From Candidatus Omnitrophota bacterium (GTDB lineage Bacteria > Omnitrophota > Gorgyraeia > Gygaellales > Profunditerraquicolaceae), in NCBI GenBank assembly GCA_028716245.1, contig JAQUQW010000001.1, positions 168,793 to 232,792 of the forward strand: DNA of 64,000 nt, read 5' to 3'. Made by a program: the position numbers and the translations under genes. Each line of letters begins with the position of its first letter. Positions within the stretch are counted from its first letter, which is position 1. Shown here piece after piece: positions 40,385 to 50,611 of this stretch. The notes below the pieces were generated by a model that saw nothing but the letters and a program-made list of their open reading frames with translations, was not told the origin of the DNA and did no database searches.

Positions 40385-41551
40385 ATGGCAATCGATTATA
40401 AGAAAGAATTAGAAAATACGGCCAGAAACATGATTTTTGTGCATGATCCGGATTCTTTGATTAAATTGATCGTGCGCATGATTGCTAGTAAAGCCAAGAT
40501 TACCCACGCCAGTTTTTTCTTGTATAACCGCGACAAGCAGGGTTATCTGCTTACTGTTTCTAAGGGGTCGCTGGGTAAAAAGATACCCTTGGATTTGATC
40601 TGCATTGATAAAGATGACGTATTGATCCGTTTTTTTAAAGAGCGCAAGAGCACCCTTGTTTTCGGCAGGGAGGCCTTGGTTTACAGCCAAGCAGAAAATG
40701 CCCTAAAAAACGCAAGGTTAAAACCGGAAATCAAGCGCCAGCTGGCGCAAGTCCTTTATCAAATGGAGCTTTTAGATGCCGCGGTTTGCATCCCGGGTTA
40801 TTTCAGGGATGAACTGCTGGGCTTCCTGCTATTAGGCAAGAAGCAGGCGGGTAAGGGATTTATCGACGAGGAATTGGATTTTTTCGCCGCTCTTAATTCT
40901 AATGTGGCAATGGCGATCAAAAACGCCCAGCTTTTTAAAGAGTTGGAATATGAGTTAGAGCGTAAACATCATTTGTTTGTGCGCACGACCATCGCCTTTG
41001 CCGCGGCTATTGAAGCCAAGGATCATTACACCCACAGCCATACCAGCCGGGTAACTAATATGAGTATTGAAATCGCCCATAGAATCAGCCAAAAATCAAA
41101 GAGAAACCTTGATGGAAAATTTTTCGAAAATCTCCATATCGCCAGCCTCTTGCATGATATCGGCAAGATCGGCGTGCCGGAGTATATTTTAAACAAAAGA
41201 AGCGGGTTGACTATCGGGGAGCGTAACCGCATTAAAGAGCATCCGATGATCGGAGTAGGTATTTTAAAACCGATTAAAGAGCTGGAAGGATCTTTGCTGG
41301 GGGTCAGGTACCACCACGAGCGATTTGACGGCAAGGGTTATCCTGAAGGCTTAAAAGGAGAACAGATTCCTTTGGTTGCTTCAATAATCTCCGTAGCCGA
41401 TTCTTTTGATGCCATGACTACTGATCGGCCATACCGCGCGGCCCTTAATAAGGCTGACGCGATTAATGAGATCAGGCAGTTAGGCGGCCAACAGTTCTGC
41501 CCCCGCGTTACCGATACTTTCCTGGAGCTCTGCAAGGAAGGAAAAATCTAA
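40385..41551 (+). CDS. GAF domain-HD-GYP phosphodiesterase (c-di-GMP signalling)
   Basis: HDIGKIGVP and HHERFDGKGYP motifs. Confidence 0.8.
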   Translation: MAIDYKKELENTARNMIFVHDPDSLIKLIVRMIASKAKITHASFFLYNRDKQGYLLTVSKGSLGKKIPLDLICIDKDDVLIRFFKERKSTLVFGREALVYSQAENALKNARLKPEIKRQLAQVLYQMELLDAAVCIPGYFRDELLGFLLLGKKQAGKGFIDEELDFFAALNSNVAMAIKNAQLFKELEYELERKHHLFVRTTIAFAAAIEAKDHYTHSHTSRVTNMSIEIAHRISQKSKRNLDGKFFENLHIASLLHDIGKIGVPEYILNKRSGLTIGERNRIKEHPMIGVGILKPIKELEGSLLGVRYHHERFDGKGYPEGLKGEQIPLVASIISVADSFDAMTTDRPYRAALNKADAINEIRQLGGQQFCPRVTDTFLELCKEGKI

Positions 41552-41558
41552 CTTTTCT

Positions 41559-42674
41559 ATGCGGCCTAAACGTATAATTTTAATGTATATTTCGGAAGTT
41601 TCCGGCCACCGCAGCGCCACACTGGCTATTGAAAAAGCGATTAAAGAGCTGCGCCCGGATACGGAGATCTTAAGCATTAATGCCTTTAATTATACTAACC
41701 CCATATCGGAAAAGGTAATTAACCGGATTTATATGGAGGTAATTAAGCGCACCCCCAAGCTCTGGGATTACCTTTATGATAATCCCAGCGTGGTCAAGGG
41801 GCTGGAAAATATTAAACGCCGTATCCATAAATCAAATTCGCCGAAACTTAAAAAACTTTTTGATCGTTTTAATCCCGATTTAGTGGTCTGCACTCAGGCA
41901 TTTCCCTGCGGCATGGTTGCCGATTATAAAAAAGCTTATGGGCTAAATTTACCGCTTGTAGCGGTACTTACGGATTATATTCCGCATTCTTATTGGGTTT
42001 ATGAGAAGGTGGATTACTATATAACCCCTTCGGAAGATGTCTCCGCGCGCTTGGAAAAAAAAGGAGTTCCTTCTTCTAAAATTAAGGCCCTGGGGATTCC
42101 CTTTGATCATAAGTTCAACCAGAAAATAGATAAGGAAAGCGTCTTCCACAAATTAAAATTAAATCCACAGAAGCCGGTAATCTTAATTATGGGCGGCGGC
42201 CAGGGGCTGGGGCCGATTAAAACCATCGTTAAATCATTAGAGAAAAGCCAAAATAATATCCAGGAATTGATCGTTGCCGGGACCAATAAGAAGCTATTTA
42301 ATTCGCTGAAACGAAAAATTAAGCATTATAAAAAAGATATCCATCTGTTTGGTTTTATCCAGAATATCCATGAGTTAATGCGTATCTCCAACCTGATTAT
42401 ATCTAAGCCGGGGGGAGTTACTACCGCCGAAGTCCTGAGTATGGGCCTGCCGATGATCATTGTCAAACCTATCCCCGGGCAGGAAATCAATAATACCAAT
42501 TTTTTAACGCATAAGGGAGCGGCAATCAAAGTAGACAAACCTGAAGAGGTGCATCAGATTATTGATGACTTATTAAATAACCGAACAAGGTTAGAGCAGC
42601 TTAAGCTGGCGGCTTTAAGGATCGCCAAGCCCGGGGCAAGTATGGATATCGCCAAACTTCTTTTGAGTTTATAA
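41559..42674 (+). CDS. GT28-family diacylglycerol glycosyltransferase (MGDG synthase/UgtP-like)
   Basis: N-terminal GHRSA region and C-terminal GGxTxxE motif of the MurG/MGDG synthase fold. Confidence 0.65.
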   Translation: MRPKRIILMYISEVSGHRSATLAIEKAIKELRPDTEILSINAFNYTNPISEKVINRIYMEVIKRTPKLWDYLYDNPSVVKGLENIKRRIHKSNSPKLKKLFDRFNPDLVVCTQAFPCGMVADYKKAYGLNLPLVAVLTDYIPHSYWVYEKVDYYITPSEDVSARLEKKGVPSSKIKALGIPFDHKFNQKIDKESVFHKLKLNPQKPVILIMGGGQGLGPIKTIVKSLEKSQNNIQELIVAGTNKKLFNSLKRKIKHYKKDIHLFGFIQNIHELMRISNLIISKPGGVTTAEVLSMGLPMIIVKPIPGQEINNTNFLTHKGAAIKVDKPEEVHQIIDDLLNNRTRLEQLKLAALRIAKPGASMDIAKLLLSL

Positions 42675-42676
42675 TC

Positions 42677-43534
42677 GTGCTAAATTATTATATTTATCGT
42701 TTCGGACAATTTATCGCGCTAATCTTGCCAATAAGGGTGGTTTACGCGATCGCGGTTTTTTTAGCCGACCTGCATTATTTTTTTGCCTTCCGCGACCGCA
42801 GGTTTGTAAAAGCTAATTTACGGGCTATTTTTCCGGAGAAACCGGATAGAGAGCTGCGCAAGATAAACAAGCAGGTTTTTCGGAATTTCGCCAAATACCT
42901 TGTGGATTTTTTCCGTTTTGAAAAGTTAGACCTTGGCTACCTGGAAAAAAACATAAAATTAGAAAATATGCATTATTTTGATGAAGCTTTAGCCAGGGGT
43001 AAAGGCGTGGTTGTTTTGACCGCCCACCTTGGTAATTGGGAGTTGGGGGGAGTGGCTATCGCGCTTTTAGGCTATCCCTTCTGGGTGGTGGCCCTGCCGC
43101 ATAAAAACAAAAAAGTTGATGCTTTCTTTAATACCCAGAGGAATAGAAAAGGGGTTAAGGTTGTGAGTATGGGCAAGGCGGTGAGAAGCTGCCTTGCTGA
43201 AATCAGGAATAATCATATGGTCGCTTTAGTCGGTGACCGGGATTTTACCGAAAAAGGGATTGTCATTGATTTTTTTGGGTTACCAACGCATTTCCCTGAA
43301 GGCCCGGCGGCTTTAAGCCTGATGACCGGCTCAAGCATTGTCCCGGGTTTTATGCTCAGGAATCCGGATGATAGTTTTACATTAAGGATCGAGAAACCGG
43401 TGGAGTTTTCTCCCACCGGGGATAAAGCCAAAGATTTAGCCGGTTTGGTTACGGTTTATAAAAATATTTTTGAGGATTACATCCGTAGGTATCCTGAACA
43501 ATGGTATGTCTTTCGCAGGTTTTGGATTAAATAA
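42677..43534 (+). CDS. lipid A biosynthesis lauroyl/myristoyl acyltransferase family (LpxL/HtrB-like) lysophospholipid acyltransferase
   Basis: HLGNWE motif; N-terminal membrane anchor. Confidence 0.65.
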   Translation: MLNYYIYRFGQFIALILPIRVVYAIAVFLADLHYFFAFRDRRFVKANLRAIFPEKPDRELRKINKQVFRNFAKYLVDFFRFEKLDLGYLEKNIKLENMHYFDEALARGKGVVVLTAHLGNWELGGVAIALLGYPFWVVALPHKNKKVDAFFNTQRNRKGVKVVSMGKAVRSCLAEIRNNHMVALVGDRDFTEKGIVIDFFGLPTHFPEGPAALSLMTGSSIVPGFMLRNPDDSFTLRIEKPVEFSPTGDKAKDLAGLVTVYKNIFEDYIRRYPEQWYVFRRFWIK

Positions 43535-43536
43535 AT

Positions 43537-44193
43537 ATGCGCACTTGTGTAATTATTCCGACTTATAATGAAACAAAAGCGATCGCCGGGCTAATTGGGC
43601 AAATACGCCGATTAGGGCTGGAGGTAATTATCATCGATGATGGCTCAAGCGATGATACGGCAAAAATTGCCCAAGCCTGCGGGGCCACAGTCTTACGCAA
43701 TGAGTCCAATCTTGGCAAAGGGGCTTCTTTAATCAAAGGATATAATTATGCCATTGCTCAAGGATTTGAAGCGGTGATCAGCATGGATGGGGATGGGCAG
43801 CATTCCTGCGATGATATCAAAGCGTTTATTCAGAAAGCGCAAACTTCCCAAAGCGCGGTTATCGTCGGTAATCGGATGGAGACGACTAAAAATATGCCGG
43901 TTGTGCGTATTCTGACCAACCGTTTAGTTTCAAAATTAATTTCAATTATGATCAAACAAAATGTTCCTGATACGCAATGCGGTTTTCGCCTGCTGAAAAA
44001 AGAGGCGCTGGCCAAATTGGATTTATCGGCATCTAAATACGAGATAGACTCTGAAATTTTGATAAAAGCAGCGCGTTTAGGCTTTAAGATCGAATCCATC
44101 CCGATCCAGACTATTTATTCGGGGCAAAAAAGCCAGATCAATCCTTTTATAGATACCTTAAGGTTTTTTCGTTTCATAATCCGGAATTTATGA
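43537..44193 (+). CDS. family 2 glycosyltransferase (dolichyl-phosphate sugar transferase-like)
   Basis: IIPTYNE...DDGSSD...DGDGQH motifs. Confidence 0.75.
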   Translation: MRTCVIIPTYNETKAIAGLIGQIRRLGLEVIIIDDGSSDDTAKIAQACGATVLRNESNLGKGASLIKGYNYAIAQGFEAVISMDGDGQHSCDDIKAFIQKAQTSQSAVIVGNRMETTKNMPVVRILTNRLVSKLISIMIKQNVPDTQCGFRLLKKEALAKLDLSASKYEIDSEILIKAARLGFKIESIPIQTIYSGQKSQINPFIDTLRFFRFIIRNL

Positions 44194-44203
44194 GTGGTCC
44201 CAG

Positions 44204-44707
44204 ATGATTCAGGTTTATACGGGTAATGGTAAGGGAAAAACTACCGCGGCAATGGGGTTGGCTTTACGAGCTGCCGGAGCGGGTTTCAATGTTTATATCT
44301 GCCAGTTTGCCAAAGGCCGCTGTTATAATGAAATTAAGGCGCTCAAGAAAATCGATAATATTAAGGTAGAGCAGTTTGGCCGTCGCTGTTTTATAAAAAA
44401 ATCACCTGAAAAAATTGATAAGCAAATGGCGCTTGCCGGACTTAAGAGATTAAATGAAATTATCGGTAAGAGGATATATCAGATGGTTATCTTGGATGAA
44501 ATTAATATTGCTGTAAAATTAGGGTTAATACCTTTGGGCGATTTACTTAAACTAATAAATGATACTCCTAAGAACGTAGAGTTGGTGTTTACCGGCCGTT
44601 ATGCCCATCCTGAAATTATTAAGTTAGCGGATTTAGTCAGCCAGGTCAAAGAGAGAAAGCATTATTACACTAAAGGTATCAAAGCCAGAAGAGGCATTGA
44701 ATTTTGA
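44204..44707 (+). CDS. cobO: cob(I)yrinic acid a,c-diamide adenosyltransferase (CobO/BtuR family)
   Basis: MIQVYTGNGKGKTTAAMG P-loop typical of CobA/CobO. Confidence 0.8.
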   Translation: MIQVYTGNGKGKTTAAMGLALRAAGAGFNVYICQFAKGRCYNEIKALKKIDNIKVEQFGRRCFIKKSPEKIDKQMALAGLKRLNEIIGKRIYQMVILDEINIAVKLGLIPLGDLLKLINDTPKNVELVFTGRYAHPEIIKLADLVSQVKERKHYYTKGIKARRGIEF

Positions 44708-45375
44708 CAATGAAAAAAATACTTTTTACCTGGAGCGGAGGCAAGGATAGCGCCATGGCTCTTTATGAATTACAAAAAGTTTATAATTATAAGATTTGGG
44801 CTTTATTAACAACCATCACAGATGGCTACGATAGGATTAGTATGCATGGTGTCCGTAACGCACTGCTTGAACAACAAATTGAATCTTTAGGTTTTCCGCT
44901 TGAGAAGATTCATATCAGCAAGGATGCATCTAACGAGGAATACGAACTAAAAATGAAAAATGCACTTTTGCGCTACCGGACTCAAGGTGTTTGCTTGGTA
45001 GCTTTCGGAGATATTTTTTTAGAAGATCTGCGTACATATAGAGAGGAAAATCTATCAAGAATAGGATTGAAGGGGATCTTTCCTTTATGGAAGAGGGATA
45101 CTACTGCGCTTGCGCATACATTTATCGATTTGGGTTTTAAAGCAGTTATCAGTTGTATTGATTCAAAATGTCTGGATAAATCGTTTGCCGGCAGGGTGTT
45201 TGATAAACAATTTTTATCCGAACTTCCTTTAAATGTTGACCCCTGCGGTGAAAATGGAGAGTTTCATTCTTTTGTTTATGGGGGGCCAATATTTAAAAGT
45301 GAGATAGCTTACGAAAAAGGAGAAGTTGTTTTGAGAGATAACCGTTTTTATTATTGTGATTTAATGCCCATTTGA
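44704..45375 (+). CDS. PP-loop ATP pyrophosphatase of the Dph6/MJ0570 (DUF71) family
   Basis: SGGKDS PP-loop and PCGENGEFHSFV motif; 4-nt overlap with cobO. Confidence 0.7.
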   Translation: MTMKKILFTWSGGKDSAMALYELQKVYNYKIWALLTTITDGYDRISMHGVRNALLEQQIESLGFPLEKIHISKDASNEEYELKMKNALLRYRTQGVCLVAFGDIFLEDLRTYREENLSRIGLKGIFPLWKRDTTALAHTFIDLGFKAVISCIDSKCLDKSFAGRVFDKQFLSELPLNVDPCGENGEFHSFVYGGPIFKSEIAYEKGEVVLRDNRFYYCDLMPI

Positions 45376-45457
45376 TAAAACTCGGATTAATCCTAAATTT
45401 TAGCTTGACATAAAAAGTAATTTACATTAACATTACAGATAATAAAAGGAGGCTTAA

Positions 45458-45958
45458 ATGTTGGCAATCAGTCTAATTATTATCGGAATATTATTAAGGT
45501 TTATCCCGCATACCGCTAACTTTACTCCGGTGGCAGCTATCGCTATATTTGCCGGAGTATATTTAAATAAAAAACAGGCTTTGATTGTGCCGCTTTTACT
45601 TATGGCCTTAAGCGATATATTTTTAGGTATGCATAATGTGATCCTCTTTACCTGGGGAAGTTTTGTTTTGGTTACTTTCTTGGGGATTTGGGCCAAAAAT
45701 CATAAGACATTTAGGGGCATCGCCTCCACTGCCGTAGTTTCTTCAGTTTTGTTTTACGTCATTACTAATTTCGGTGTTTGGGCTATGGGTTGGTATCCGC
45801 ACACCGCCAAAGGCCTGCTGGATTGCTATATTTTAGGCCTGCCATTTTTACGTAATTTTGGAGTAGCTACGCTTGTATATACGGCAGTATTTTTTGGCGC
45901 TTATGAGCTTATCGCGCGCAGAGTGGCTGATACAAAGTTAGCAAAAGTTCTTTTATAA
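45458..45958 (+). CDS. small integral membrane protein (~5 TM), possible ECF-type substrate-capture component
   Basis: Hydrophobicity pattern only. Sits between the cobO operon and the B12 riboswitch. Confidence 0.4.
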   Translation: MLAISLIIIGILLRFIPHTANFTPVAAIAIFAGVYLNKKQALIVPLLLMALSDIFLGMHNVILFTWGSFVLVTFLGIWAKNHKTFRGIASTAVVSSVLFYVITNFGVWAMGWYPHTAKGLLDCYILGLPFLRNFGVATLVYTAVFFGAYELIARRVADTKLAKVLL

Positions 45959-45964
45959 GGTTAC

Positions 45965-46190
45965 AAGGTTAACGTTACTGGTCCAGGGAAGGCCGTGTGA
46001 ATCGGTCGCAGTTCCCGCTGCTGTAAAAGAGGTCGAAATTCTCTTGAATATTTGCCACTGGTTTAACCAAAGCCGGGAAGGCAGGAGAAGAGTAGGATAA
46101 ACTCTTAAGTCAGAAGACCTGACCAGGAACAGATGTCCAACAATTACTTTTAAACCCGCGGACAGGTTTAAAAGGGTTAGAAAACAGGGA
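45965..46190 (+). promoter_or_regulatory. cobalamin (B12) riboswitch aptamer
   Basis: AGGGAAGGCCGTGTGAATCGGTCGCAGTTCCCGCTGCTGTAA core and downstream GCCACTGG B12-box-like segment; upstream of a TonB-dependent receptor. Confidence 0.75.
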
Positions 46191-46191
46191 T

Positions 46192-46235
46192 AACCCTTAA
46201 TGCTTTTAGTTAAAGCGTTAAGGGTTTTTTGTTTT
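46192..46235 (+). terminator. riboswitch expression platform: intrinsic terminator with competing antiterminator
   Basis: AACCCTTAATGC-loop-GCGTTAAGGGTT plus TTTTTTGTTTT. An upstream AAGGGTTA (46172-46179) can alternatively pair with TAACCCTT. Confidence 0.7.
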
Positions 46236-46260
46236 AGGCAGGTCCGGGAATGGAGAAAAA

Positions 46261-48318
46261 ATGTTTTGCAATAGGTCGGCAGCAAGATTTTTAGTTGCGC
46301 TATCAGTTGTTTTGGGAACTTTTGTTTTTTCTTATGCAGATGATGTGGATTTGGAAAAAATTGTGGTAACTCCGTATCGTTATGGCGAAAGTTTAGCTAA
46401 AACAGCGGCGGATGTTACTGTAGTGACAAAAGGAGATATAGAAGGATCAAATTCTCACAATGTGGTTGATGTATTTAGGTCAATACCCGGGGTTACAGTG
46501 CGGGATTATTTTGGCAACGGAACTCAAGCAACAGTAGATATAGGAGGCTTTGGAGAGCAGGGGCCACTTAACGTATTAGTATTAGTTGACGGCCGGCGCG
46601 CAAACAATGTTGACTTAAGCGGCGTTAACTGGAATCAAATTCCGCTTGATGAAGTAGAGCGTATCGAAGTTGTTCGCGGAGGTTCTGGCGCAGTGCTATA
46701 CGGTGATAATGCATCTAGTGGCGTAGTCAATATTATTACCAAAAAGGGTTCAGGAAAACCAAAAGTAGAACTAGAAACTGAATACGGCAGCTATGATATG
46801 AACAAAGAAAAATTATCTCTAGGTGGTAAAGTTAACAATAAGCTTTCTTATTGGTTTAGCCTTGGACGCGATTCTACTAATGGCTATCGCAATAACAGCT
46901 TTAACAAAGATAGTGATTTTGCTTCTAAAATCGCTTATGATTTTAATGATATGCTGTCTGCACATTTTGACTCGGGATTTCATGCTTCAACTTATGGTCT
47001 GCCTGGGGCATTGTTTCAAAGTGATATAGATCAGCATAGCAGGAGGTATGCCAGATTCGGCAATGATCATGCTAATGGTAAAGACTACTATTTTGTTCTT
47101 GGGCCAAAACTCCAATTTCTAGGATTGGGAAATCTTAATTTGGATTTTAGTTACCGTCAGAATGATGTTGATTCATATTATCTGACCTCAAACCATCTTG
47201 CTTACAGGAATAGTATTGAAACTTTTGGGATGACGCCGAAGTATACGTTAGACAATAGCATTTTTAATCACGATAATAAATTCATCGCCGGGCTCGATTT
47301 TTACCGTTCTCTATATAGTTCAAGATCCTGCCCTATGTCTGATGATAGTACAGTAAATCAATATACGGATATTCATAAGAATTCATTAGGAAGCTACCTG
47401 CAGGATGAGTTTTCTATTCTTAAACAGTTAACTCTAGTAGGTGGCTACCGCCATGAATTTGCTGATTACACATTTGCTTATCATGATAATACCGGATTTA
47501 ACCCCGACCAAGATACTAAAGTAAAATTTAATATGGATTCTTTTAACAGCGGCCTTACCTATACTTATAAAGATGATTCAAATGTTTTTTTAAATGTGAA
47601 CAGAAGCTTCCGTTTTCCCGAAGTAGATGAGTTTACCTATATGGATGCAACGTCTTTTCAAACGCTGCTTAATACTGATCTTAAGCCGCAATCTTCGATA
47701 GATTACCAAATTGGTTTGCGGCATAAATTTTCTGACCGTTTTAAGGGTAACTTATCATTATTTAGAATGAATGTTAAAAATGAGTTGTATCTTAATGCCA
47801 CGGATACTTGGGATGGCTTCGAGTGGAATAGTAAGAATGAAAATTATGATAGAACTGTTCATGAAGGCCTGGAATCATCATTGGATGCCAAGCTTAATGA
47901 TTGGGTAACATTATTCGGAAATTATACTTTTACCAATGCCTATTTTGATGGTGGACAATATAGCGGGAGCCAGATACCTTTGGTATCTAAGCATAAAGGA
48001 AGCGTTGGATTAAAATTCGCATTACCAATGGATATATCCTTAAATATTATTGGTACTTATCTAGGTCCTAGATATTATTTAAACGATCAGGCAAACGCTT
48101 ATTCTAAGTTAAATGGGTATATGGTTGCCGACACCAATTTGTCTTGGCATTGTAAGGATTTTAAAGTCACATTTGGAATTAATAATCTTTTTGATAAGCA
48201 ATATTCGGAATATGCCGGAGTGTTGCAAGGATTTTCTGTGGGGCATGCCGTAGGTGATAAATTCTATTATCCTAATCCGGGAAGAAATTTTAGTTTAAAA
48301 GTTAACTATACTTTTTAA
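46261..48318 (+). CDS. TonB-dependent outer membrane receptor (BtuB-like)
   Basis: Signal peptide, TonB-box-like DLEKIVVT, plug plus barrel length, C-terminal aromatic residue; under the B12 riboswitch. Confidence 0.85.
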   Translation: MFCNRSAARFLVALSVVLGTFVFSYADDVDLEKIVVTPYRYGESLAKTAADVTVVTKGDIEGSNSHNVVDVFRSIPGVTVRDYFGNGTQATVDIGGFGEQGPLNVLVLVDGRRANNVDLSGVNWNQIPLDEVERIEVVRGGSGAVLYGDNASSGVVNIITKKGSGKPKVELETEYGSYDMNKEKLSLGGKVNNKLSYWFSLGRDSTNGYRNNSFNKDSDFASKIAYDFNDMLSAHFDSGFHASTYGLPGALFQSDIDQHSRRYARFGNDHANGKDYYFVLGPKLQFLGLGNLNLDFSYRQNDVDSYYLTSNHLAYRNSIETFGMTPKYTLDNSIFNHDNKFIAGLDFYRSLYSSRSCPMSDDSTVNQYTDIHKNSLGSYLQDEFSILKQLTLVGGYRHEFADYTFAYHDNTGFNPDQDTKVKFNMDSFNSGLTYTYKDDSNVFLNVNRSFRFPEVDEFTYMDATSFQTLLNTDLKPQSSIDYQIGLRHKFSDRFKGNLSLFRMNVKNELYLNATDTWDGFEWNSKNENYDRTVHEGLESSLDAKLNDWVTLFGNYTFTNAYFDGGQYSGSQIPLVSKHKGSVGLKFALPMDISLNIIGTYLGPRYYLNDQANAYSKLNGYMVADTNLSWHCKDFKVTFGINNLFDKQYSEYAGVLQGFSVGHAVGDKFYYPNPGRNFSLKVNYTF

Positions 48319-48354
48319 TCTGAAGAAATAAGGGGTGTTTCCCTAGCTTTCCTA

Positions 48355-48416
48355 TTGACAAATAACGCAGTTGTGCTATAGTTTTTCCTAATTTTCCAAA
48401 ACTACAAAGTTGTAGT
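48355..48416 (+). promoter_or_regulatory. putative sigma70 promoter plus palindromic operator-like site upstream of hppA
   Basis: TTGACA (48355-48360), 16-nt spacer, TATAGT (48377-48382). Perfect inverted repeat ACTACAA-ag-TTGTAGT at 48401-48416. Confidence 0.45.
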
Positions 48417-48451
48417 GAATTCCATGTATTTTTGAAAGGAGCGGAGTAAAG

Positions 48452-50551
48452 ATGGGTTTTGATCTGTTGTTATTGGCGCCGGTTGGTTCGATATTAGCGT
48501 TAAGTTTTGCTTTTTATCTGGCCTTGAGTATTTTAAAAATGGATGAGGGTACGGATAAAATGAAGGAGATCGCCCACGCGGTGCGCGTTGGCGCCCAGGC
48601 CTATTTAAAAAGGCAGTATCTGGGTATTTCGATGTTTTTTATTGTGGTATTTTTTATCCTTCTGGCCATGGCCCTGAAGAATTATTTGGTAATTTTTGTG
48701 CCGTTTGCTTTTTTAACCGGAGGTTTCTTTTCAGGTTTGTCCGGTTTTATCGGGATGACTATTGCCACCCAGTCCTCTAACCGCACTGCCCAAGCCGCGT
48801 CTAAGAGTTTGAATTCCGGCCTGCGGGTTGCTTTTTCAAGCGGAGCAGTCATGGGTCTTACCGTTGTCGGTTTAGGGCTATTGGATTTAAGTATCTGGTA
48901 TTATTTCCTAAATTGGTATTATTCTTGCCATCCCATCCCGTTGGGAACGGATAAAATCGCGGCAATTACTTCCACGATGCTTTGTTTTGGCATGGGGGCC
49001 AGTTCGATGGCGCTTTTTGCCAGGGTGGGTGGAGGTATTTTTACTAAAGCCTCGGATGTCGGAGCGGATTTAGTCGGTAAGGTTGAAGCAGGAATTCCTG
49101 AGGATGATCCGCGTAACCCGGCAGTTATCGCTGATAATGTCGGTGATAATGTCGGCGATGTCGCGGGTATGGGCGCTGACCTTTATGAATCTTATGTTGG
49201 TTCAATTGTTGCCACTTCAGCTTTAGGTGTTGCTGCCGGCCTTGGTGTTGCCGGGGTAACCGTGCCGATGGTTATGGCCGCGGTAGGAGTTGTTTCATCG
49301 GTTATCGGGACTTTCTTTGTAAAAAGCGGAGAGCAGGCCAGCCAAAAAGTTCTCTTAGCCGCTTTACGTAAAGGGGTCTTTACCAGTTCATTTCTGGTTG
49401 CGATAATCTCATTTTTTCTGGTTAAGGCAACATTAGGCGCGCAGCATTTAGGCGTTTATTGGTCAGTCTTGGCAGGTTTAGTTGCCGGAGTATTGATCGG
49501 CCTGTGCACGGAATATTATACTTCCAGCGGCTTTAAGCCGACCAAATCTATTGCTGATGCCTCTTTAACCGGCCCGGCAACTGTAATTATCGGGGGTATT
49601 GCGGTAGGGATGATGTCTACCGCCATTCCGGTAATTATCGTATGCATTGCTATTTTAATAAGTTTTTATTTATCCGGCGGGGCCGCGAATTTTAACGCCG
49701 GCCTTTACGGTATCGCCATTTCAGCCGTGGGCATGCTTTCGACTTTAGGTATAACTTTGGCTACTGATGCTTATGGGCCGGTTGCGGATAATGCCGGAGG
49801 AAACGCGGAGATGTCAAAACTGCCTCCTGAGGTAAGAAAAAGAACCGATGCCTTGGATGCTTTAGGTAATACGACTGCGGCAACCGGTAAAGGTTTTGCC
49901 ATTGGTTCGGCAGCCTTAACCGCATTAGCCTTGATTGCCGCGTATAAAGATCAGGTTTTGCTTTTTGGTAAAGATATTAATGCCAGTATGATGAATCCTA
50001 CGGTATTAGTAGGTTTGTTTTTAGGAGGAATGCTGCCATTTTTATTCTGTTCTATGACCATGCGCGCAGTGGGAAGAGCAGCGGGTAAGATTGTCGTGGA
50101 AGTACGCCGGCAGTTTAAGGAGATTATTGGCCTGATGGAAGGCACAGCTAAACCTGATTACGCGCGCTGTGTAAATATTGCCACTGCGGCAGCACAAAAA
50201 GAAATGATCGCTCCTTCACTTTTGGCAATCGTGGCCCCCATAGGCGTAGGACTGTTTATAGGTATTGATGCGGTTGCCGGGCTTCTGGTAGGGGCAACTG
50301 TTACCGGCTTTGTTTTAGCGGTGATGATGGCTAATTCCGGTGGCGCCTGGGATAATGCCAAGAAGTTTGTGGAAGAAGGGCATCATGGCGGTAAAGGGTC
50401 GCTAGCGCATAAAGCCACAGTGGTTGGCGATACAGTGGGTGATCCGTTTAAAGATACTTCCGGGCCGAGCTTAAATATTTTAATCAAGCTGATGTCCATG
50501 GTTTCTATTGTTTTTGCCTCATTTATTATTAAAAATACCTTATTTAAGTAA
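48452..50551 (+). CDS. hppA: membrane-bound proton/sodium-translocating pyrophosphatase
   Basis: [27 protein letters not shown] and [10 protein letters not shown] motifs; 699 aa, multi-TM. Confidence 0.93.
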   Translation: MGFDLLLLAPVGSILALSFAFYLALSILKMDEGTDKMKEIAHAVRVGAQAYLKRQYLGISMFFIVVFFILLAMALKNYLVIFVPFAFLTGGFFSGLSGFIGMTIATQSSNRTAQAASKSLNSGLRVAFSSGAVMGLTVVGLGLLDLSIWYYFLNWYYSCHPIPLGTDKIAAITSTMLCFGMGASSMALFARVGGGIFTKASDVGADLVGKVEAGIPEDDPRNPAVIADNVGDNVGDVAGMGADLYESYVGSIVATSALGVAAGLGVAGVTVPMVMAAVGVVSSVIGTFFVKSGEQASQKVLLAALRKGVFTSSFLVAIISFFLVKATLGAQHLGVYWSVLAGLVAGVLIGLCTEYYTSSGFKPTKSIADASLTGPATVIIGGIAVGMMSTAIPVIIVCIAILISFYLSGGAANFNAGLYGIAISAVGMLSTLGITLATDAYGPVADNAGGNAEMSKLPPEVRKRTDALDALGNTTAATGKGFAIGSAALTALALIAAYKDQVLLFGKDINASMMNPTVLVGLFLGGMLPFLFCSMTMRAVGRAAGKIVVEVRRQFKEIIGLMEGTAKPDYARCVNIATAAAQKEMIAPSLLAIVAPIGVGLFIGIDAVAGLLVGATVTGFVLAVMMANSGGAWDNAKKFVEEGHHGGKGSLAHKATVVGDTVGDPFKDTSGPSLNILIKLMSMVSIVFASFIIKNTLFK

Positions 50552-50554
50552 TCA

Positions 50555-50598
50555 AAAGACCCTGTTTCCAGGCTAATCGGGAAACAGGGTCTTTTTTA
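50555..50598 (+). terminator. rho-independent terminator after hppA
   Basis: GACCCTGTTTCC-aggctaatcg-GGAAACAGGGTC followed by TTTTTTAT. Confidence 0.85.
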
Positions 50599-50611
50599 TG
50601 TTAATTTTTTG

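Noticed and set aside
49131-49165. Short tandem nucleotide repeat gataatgtcggtgataatgtcggcgatgtcg
   Set aside because: It encodes the conserved [12 protein letters not shown] motif of membrane pyrophosphatases. It is a coding repeat, not a mobile or CRISPR feature.
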